DNA of 63,740 bases, counting the filler, from Lenisia limosa (lineage: Eukaryota > Protista > Breviatea), in NCBI GenBank assembly GCA_001655205.1. It is 13 parts of 13 records of this genome, joined end to end, with 100 filler letters (N's around TTAATTAATTAA, not from the genome) between each part and the next. Parts side by side here need not be neighbours in the genome. Positions count along the whole stretch, not along the records: positions 56,555 to 58,591 come from LPNZ01006728.1; positions 58,692 to 63,740 come from LPNZ01009380.1; 11 more parts are not named here. The stretch is one strand, 5' to 3'. The notes under the pieces were generated by a model, which was given only the letters and a program-made list of their open reading frames with translations, had not been told where the DNA came from and did not search any database. This document shows, piece by piece, positions 57,966 to 63,740 of this stretch. The translations under genes and the position numbers were made by a program. Position 1 is the first letter of the stretch, and each line of letters opens with the position of its first letter.

Positions 57966-58702
57966 AAAACAAAGTGGTGATCACACGTCCTTGCCTTAGG
58001 TCTCCTCCGCTTTCCTGTTATTCTCATTCCTTCTTCTTCAAACAACATATTTGCGAGGGAGGAAAAGAGGGGGAGAAAGGGCAAGCAAGAGAGAAAGGGC
58101 AAACAAGAGAGAAAGGGCAAGCAAGAGAGAAAGGGGGAGGGGGGCGCCGGGGCTTGGCATTAATAAACAGAAAGGCACAAAAGAAGAAATAATGTATTTG
58201 TTTATAACATTTATTTGTCATTCATAAACAATAGCAGTAAGTCTAAATCTGCTATAAGGCGATCAGCCTTTCAGGCTAAAAAGTCACACTCGAGCTTGCT
58301 AAACTGGATAAAAAAAGTAACAGTTAGAAAAGCAAATGGACACATACATCTCTGTATTTTCTCCAACTGATGATACATCGAGAGTTCAGATGATACGGTC
58401 TTTCATCGGTTTCTGTCATTGAAATTCAGAAGGATTTGAGATGGTTTTAGTTATTTGCTGTTTCGGCCACCCCCACTCCTCCCTTCACCACTAGCCATCG
58501 GCGTCATTTACCCCAAACCGATAGATTTCGCGGAAAATTTCCTGTTTTTTTTTTGTTTTTTTTGTTTTTTTTGTTTTTTTTTTGTTTTTTTNNNNNNNNN
58601 NNNNNNNNNNNNNNNNNNNNNNNNNNNNNNNNNNNTTAATTAATTAANNNNNNNNNNNNNNNNNNNNNNNNNNNNNNNNNNNNNNNNNNNNCTCCCTTCA
58701 TG

Positions 58703-61520
58703 GACCCCCATTGCTGTCCTCAACCAGGGCCACGAGACCCCCCAGTTCAAGCAGTTCTTCCGCTGGCCCGAGGCCCTCAGTGCCGAGGAAGGCAAGGCCA
58801 AGAAGGAGAAGAAGGCTGTAAGTGGGCTTGAAATCCTGAGTCAGGATATGGCATATGAATAGAATCAACATGTACGAGATCCTTTTACACCACCGCAGGT
58901 CGACGTTGCCGCCATGCACGCCTCCACCGCCGAGTCCGAGCAGGAGGTTAACGACTTCAACGGAGTCATCAAGAACGTGAGCCCCTGTATCCGTCCCTCT
59001 TGCTCTGTGACACCCCCTCCCTCTCTTCCTTTTTGTCTCTTTTCTTACCAATCTTCTCACCCCCCCCCCCCNNNNNNNNNNNNNNNNNNNNNNNNNNNNN
59101 NNNNNNNNNNNNNNNNNNNNNNNNNNNNNNNNNNNNNNNNNNNNNNNNNNNNNNNNNNNNNNNNNNNNNNNNNAGTACGGCCAATTCTGGTGGGCGATGA
59201 GGGGTTTTAAAATTATTATTATTATTATAACTACTCAGCACATTTTTGCTGAGAGTTTGAATACGTTATTGTCAGTATCGTTGTTTGACATTGATAACGG
59301 TGCAGGTCTGGCGACTCCTTCATTGTCCTCTACGAGTACGAGAACAAGGCCGGCAAGAAGCAGTGGATCATCTACTTCTGGCAAGGCATCGAGTCTTCCT
59401 CTGTGGGCTTCGATCGTCCATCTTAGAACCAATCACTTTTTTTCTTTACGAATCATCTTTTTGTGTTTCTCACCCCCCAGGATGAGAAGGGAGCCTCAGC
59501 CCTCCTCGCTACTGAACTTGATGACGCCATGGGTGGTGACCCCGTCCAAGTGCGGGGCTTGAGGGCATAATAACACTCCATCGTTTCGGGACTTGTGGGA
59601 TATCTTCATCATGTTTCGCTGTTAGTTGCCCCTCTCATGCTCCAGGTCCGTGTTGTCCAAGGCAAGGAGCCCAATCACTTCCTGAAGATCTTCAACGTAA
59701 GCCCAGCCATCTTGCGATAGCTCGCAGCCTCATTTATTTGAACTGTTTACCCCTGTCATTCTTCCCTCATGCCCCAGGGCAAATTTGTTGTCCATAAGGG
59801 TGGAGTTCCCGGCGAGTTCGGCAGCGGCGAGGCCCAGGGCTGGGAGTACGAGACTGACGGCCTCTTCAGAGTGGGGAGGGGGGNNNNNNNNNNNNNNNNN
59901 NNNNNNNNNNNNNNNNNNNNNNNNNNNNNNNNNNNNNNNNNNNNNNNNNNNNNNNNNNNNNNNNNNNNNNNNNNNNNNNNNNNNNNNNNNNNNNNNNNNN
60001 NNNNNNNNNNNNNNNNNNNNNNNNNNNNNNNNNNNNNNNNACGACGCTTTCATCCTCAACACCCCCCCGACCGAGTCTAACAAGCAGTGGATCTGGATTG
60101 GTGCTGGAGCTTCAGAGCAGGAGCAGGAGGTCGCCACCAACGTGGGTAGAGACGGCTCATTTGTTGACATTGAATGAAGTCTTCTTTTATCAATGACATT
60201 GATTAAACTCTTTCTGTTATAAATAGGGATGAATCAATAGACTGGCCTTAAAGCCTCTAGATCGGAGGTCTCATCTGCGGTGAGCGTGCCAGCACCCTTG
60301 TCATGGAAGGCGAAGAGGACGATGAGTTCTGGACTGCCCTCGGTGGCAAGGCTGAGTACTCTTCCGACCCCTCTCTCGGTATGAGTAGGACTGATTTTGT
60401 TTTGACAAGCGTTATTCCAGTCATTTGACCACGTAACCGCTCCAGCTGAGAGCGACCGCGACCCCCGTCTCTTCCATGGCTCTAACGTCCATGATGGCTT
60501 CCAGGTTAGAGAAGGGGGTGGTATCTTTGGGGACTATTAAGGCATCTTCATCTTTGGCTAAACCTCTCACTCACAGGTTGAGGAGATCTTCAACTTTGAC
60601 CAGTCTGATCTTGATTTCGAGGACGTTTTCATTCTCGACTCCTGGGCTGAGGTAGGCGCTGGAACTTCAAGCTAATCGAACTTTTTACTTGATGATTGCT
60701 AGAGTGTTCAAATAACAGCTCTTCTTCTCATTCAGCTGCATTTGACCATGGCAGGTCTTTGTTTGGATCGGCTCTCGCGCCAACCGTGAGGAGCGCCAGC
60801 AAGCCATGGAGACTGCCGTTGCCTACCTCAAGGTCGGTCCTTGTTCTGCCCTTGTGCTTTAGATTGGTGTTGTTCCACACCGCCTCCTTAACCTCTTTTC
60901 CCCCTCCTGTGACCCTCTAGGCTGACGAAGAGCGTGGAGACACCCCCGTCACTGTTGTGCAACAGGGTAACGAGCCAATGATGTTCACCTGCCACTTCCC
61001 TCTCTGGGATGTTGAGCTTGCCCGCATGCAAGAGGTATTAGCGTCTTTATGGGGTCACTTTTATCCGAAAATTTGCATAGTAAACACTATGTCTCTGCAT
61101 TTTTCCATCCCTCCTCACCCCCCTAGGACCCCTACCAAAAGAAGCTCCGCGAGGCTGGTGAGAGCACCACCCAGTCTGTTGAGGAGTCTCTTGGCGACTT
61201 CAACCGCACCTACACCTACGACGGTTGGCTGGAGCTTTTTAAGGGCTACTTTCTATCTTTATACTCTTTCTGATGTTACCCATGCATGCTTGCTTACCCA
61301 CTATTTGCAGAGCTTTTGACTCGTCCCGCAAACTGTGACCCCTGTGCTCTGGAAACCTACCTCTCCGACGAGGAGTTCGCCACCATCTTCAAGATGGACA
61401 AGGAGGCCTTCAACAAGCTTGCAAAGTGGAAGCGTGACGGAGAGAAGAAGGTGAGCATTGCCTCTCTGTTTCTTTTTGCAACTTTTTCTCACCGTGTTAC
61501 AGAAGGTTAAGCTCTTCTAA
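58703..61520 (+). CDS. Villin (gelsolin repeats plus headpiece), 3' part
   Basis: QGHETPQFKQFF, FYGGDSFIVLYEY..WIIYFWQG, QVRVVQGKEPNHFLKIF, DAFILNTP..WIWIGAGAS, EGEEDDEFW, VEEIFNFDQSDLDFEDVFILD, then headpiece LETYLSDEEFATIFKMDKEAFNKLAKWKRDGEKKKVKLF ending at TAA 61518-61520. Confidence 0.95.
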
Positions 61521-61877
61521 GCTCCAATGTCCCTGGTCTCTATTTTATAATTTATAATGTATATTTTCTTGTTATTAACCTGGTTGTTTGGGGGTCACAA
61601 AGCCGCCCCTGTGAGGTCTAAATTTCTTGGAAATAGCGCCAAACACCGTCTAACAAGATTTAAAAGTTTCTTAGAGACATTCTATTTTGCAAACAAGGGG
61701 GTATTAATGTCAAAAACAACCAAAAGACCGAAATTTTGGCCACAGTTGTCATTCTGTCCCCGCCCCCCTCAAAAAACACCTGCCAAATCAAATGGATGGA
61801 ATATAATCGCTGCAATGCGGAAAATTCCCCAGTTCTACAGAGTTGCTATGCATGTCAACTTAAACCTGATGCTAAAT

Positions 61878-63740
61878 CTACTTTTTGGGGGCGCAGACCT
61901 TGGAGGGAATGGCCTTGCCGTCAGGGCCCACTGGGACCTAGAAGCGATGAAGATGAGGATTAAAAAACGTTGGGAATAAGGAGTAAAAAAACGCCAATTT
62001 CGATGAAGAATAATATAAAGGGGGGGGGGGGGGNNNNNNNNNNNNNNNNNNNNNNNNNNNNNNNNNNNNNNNNNNNNNNNNNNNNNNNNNNNNNNNNNNN
62101 NNNNNNNNNNNNNNNNNNNNCAGCACCGCATCCCTCACTCAGCGTACCCGAATCATACCAGTATCATGGCAGTAGCAGTAACACAAACAAAGCCTGATTC
62201 CCACCTTGCATGGCTCAATACCCCAGATCTCGGAGGCGTATTGGCGGATGGTGCGGTCGGAGGAGAATTTACCCTGAAAAGTCACGCGCAGTCATATTCT
62301 TATTTGCACAATGTGATTCTTATAGTAACTTTCACGCTAATATTTGATCACAACAATATAGTTTTGCGTACCATGCCAGCGGTGGAGAGGATAGACATTT
62401 CAGTCCACTTGGAGGGGTTCTTCCATGCCTCAATAACACGGTCCTGGGGGGGGGGGNNNNNNNNNNNNNNNNNNNNNNNNNNNNNNNNNNNNNNNNNNNN
62501 NNNNNNNNNNNNNNNNNNNNNNNNNNNNNNNNNNNNNNNNNNNNNNNNNNNNNNNNNNNNNNNNNNNNNNNCTTTGAATATTGTATCATGATTCCCCTTT
62601 GCAATCCATATCACTGCATCAAACCTGAGCGTCAAGATAGGCGTCAAAGTCCACGGAAACGAGGTAGATGTCGTTGTTGATGATGGAGTCAATGAGGGGC
62701 TGAGAAGATGAGATTGGCAGGAAAGCAACAGGTTTTGAAGAGGTACACATGGGCCAAGAGTTCACACCCAGAGAAAGCTAGCCGCAGTAAATAAAACAAA
62801 GAAAGTCCCCAACCATATGGTTCTGCACGGGTCCCATGGCGCCTTCACGGAGAACGTCAAACACCTCTTGGAGACGAGGGGGGAGGGCACGGTTCGGCTT
62901 ACCACTGCAGTGGTGTTATATACGGCATTTTATTGAAGACAATTTTTTGAGTTTTATCACCCGCTTATTGAGAACTAACTCAAATTTCATGTTGCACATT
63001 GCACAACCAACCCACCAGATCTGGTCTCTCCACTTCTGAACGTCCTGCTTCTCGACGCCAAAGACGAACATGTTGTCCTCGTGGATCTCCTCGCGGATCT
63101 CAATGTTGGCACCGTCTGGGGGGTTAATGCCAGGAGGTCAATAGAGAAATATGAATATTGATATGAATAATGTTATTTTTGAGATTAGTACCCGGTTGGT
63201 GAGAACAGAACCCGAAACGAAAGGACCCACCAAGGGTTCCGATGATTAGACCGCCGTTGAGGGCAAACTTCATGTTACTGGTACCTGAAGCCTCGGTTCC
63301 TGGGGAGGGGGGGGGGGNNNNNNNNNNNNNNNNNNNNNNNNNNNNNNNNNNNNNNNNNNNNNNNNNNNNNNNNNNNNNNNNNNNNNNNNNNNNNNNNNNN
63401 NNNNNNNNNNNNNNNGGTAAAAGGGAAAACACACATATGATACAAGCAAAATGAAAGAAGAAAATATAAAAAAAACACAACCCCCAATCCTACCAGCAGT
63501 ACTGACGTGCTCGGACAGGTCAGAGGCGGGAATGAGAATCTCGGCAAGAGAAACGCAGTAGTTGGAAATCATGATAACCTAAAAGGTGACACAAAGTTAG
63601 AGAGCAACGGATAAGACAGCAGCAATATTTGACACAAAGTTAGAGAGCAACGGATAAGACAGATACAAAGTTAGAGAGCATATCGATTGGGGTTTCCGCG
63701 CTCCACACACCTTGAGCTTGCCGTTGATGAGGGGGTCGTT
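61878..63740 (-). CDS. Glycogen/starch phosphorylase (GT35), 3' part; the gene continues beyond the window
   Basis: [53 protein letters not shown] (PLP-binding lysine motif)..[35 protein letters not shown], with last exon [19 protein letters not shown] and stop. Confidence 0.97.
63588..63680 (+). repeat. Tandem repeat in a phosphorylase intron, adjacent to the acceptor
   Basis: ACAAAGTTAGAGAGCA three times and ACGGATAAGACAG twice. Confidence 0.85.

Overview
This window is intron-rich eukaryotic nuclear DNA from a gapped draft scaffold. An amoebozoan-type protist is inferred from gene content and intron structure, but the organism is not established. Most ORFs in the supplied six-frame track are spurious or antisense, so genes were rebuilt by hand from GT-AG exons. 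Well-supported genes are a DUF4062 (TEP1/NWD-type) fragment, tRNA dimethylallyltransferase, an LPAAT/AGPAT acyltransferase, a CRYZL1-like MDR protein, a MAST/IRE-like AGC kinase, RER1, an Ariadne RBR E3 ligase, XPB/ERCC3, a TM9SF fragment, a TKL-type pseudokinase, villin and glycogen phosphorylase. Several orphan multi-exon genes are also present. Twelve roughly 100-nt N-TTAATTAATTAA-N linkers are artificial joins, so adjacency across them is unreliable. The most unusual items are: (i) a type I membrane protein with three copies of a Cys-patterned module I do not recognise; (ii) at least three families of short TA-flanked palindromic MITE-like elements, plus one about 1.07 kb degenerate TIR element; (iii) recurrent tandem duplication of splice donors, acceptors and branch points; (iv) 26-33 nt introns and a frame-restoring 4-nt micro-exon; (v) a pseudokinase with a C-terminal extension. 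Exon coordinates are hand-derived, and ends of the orphan genes are approximate.
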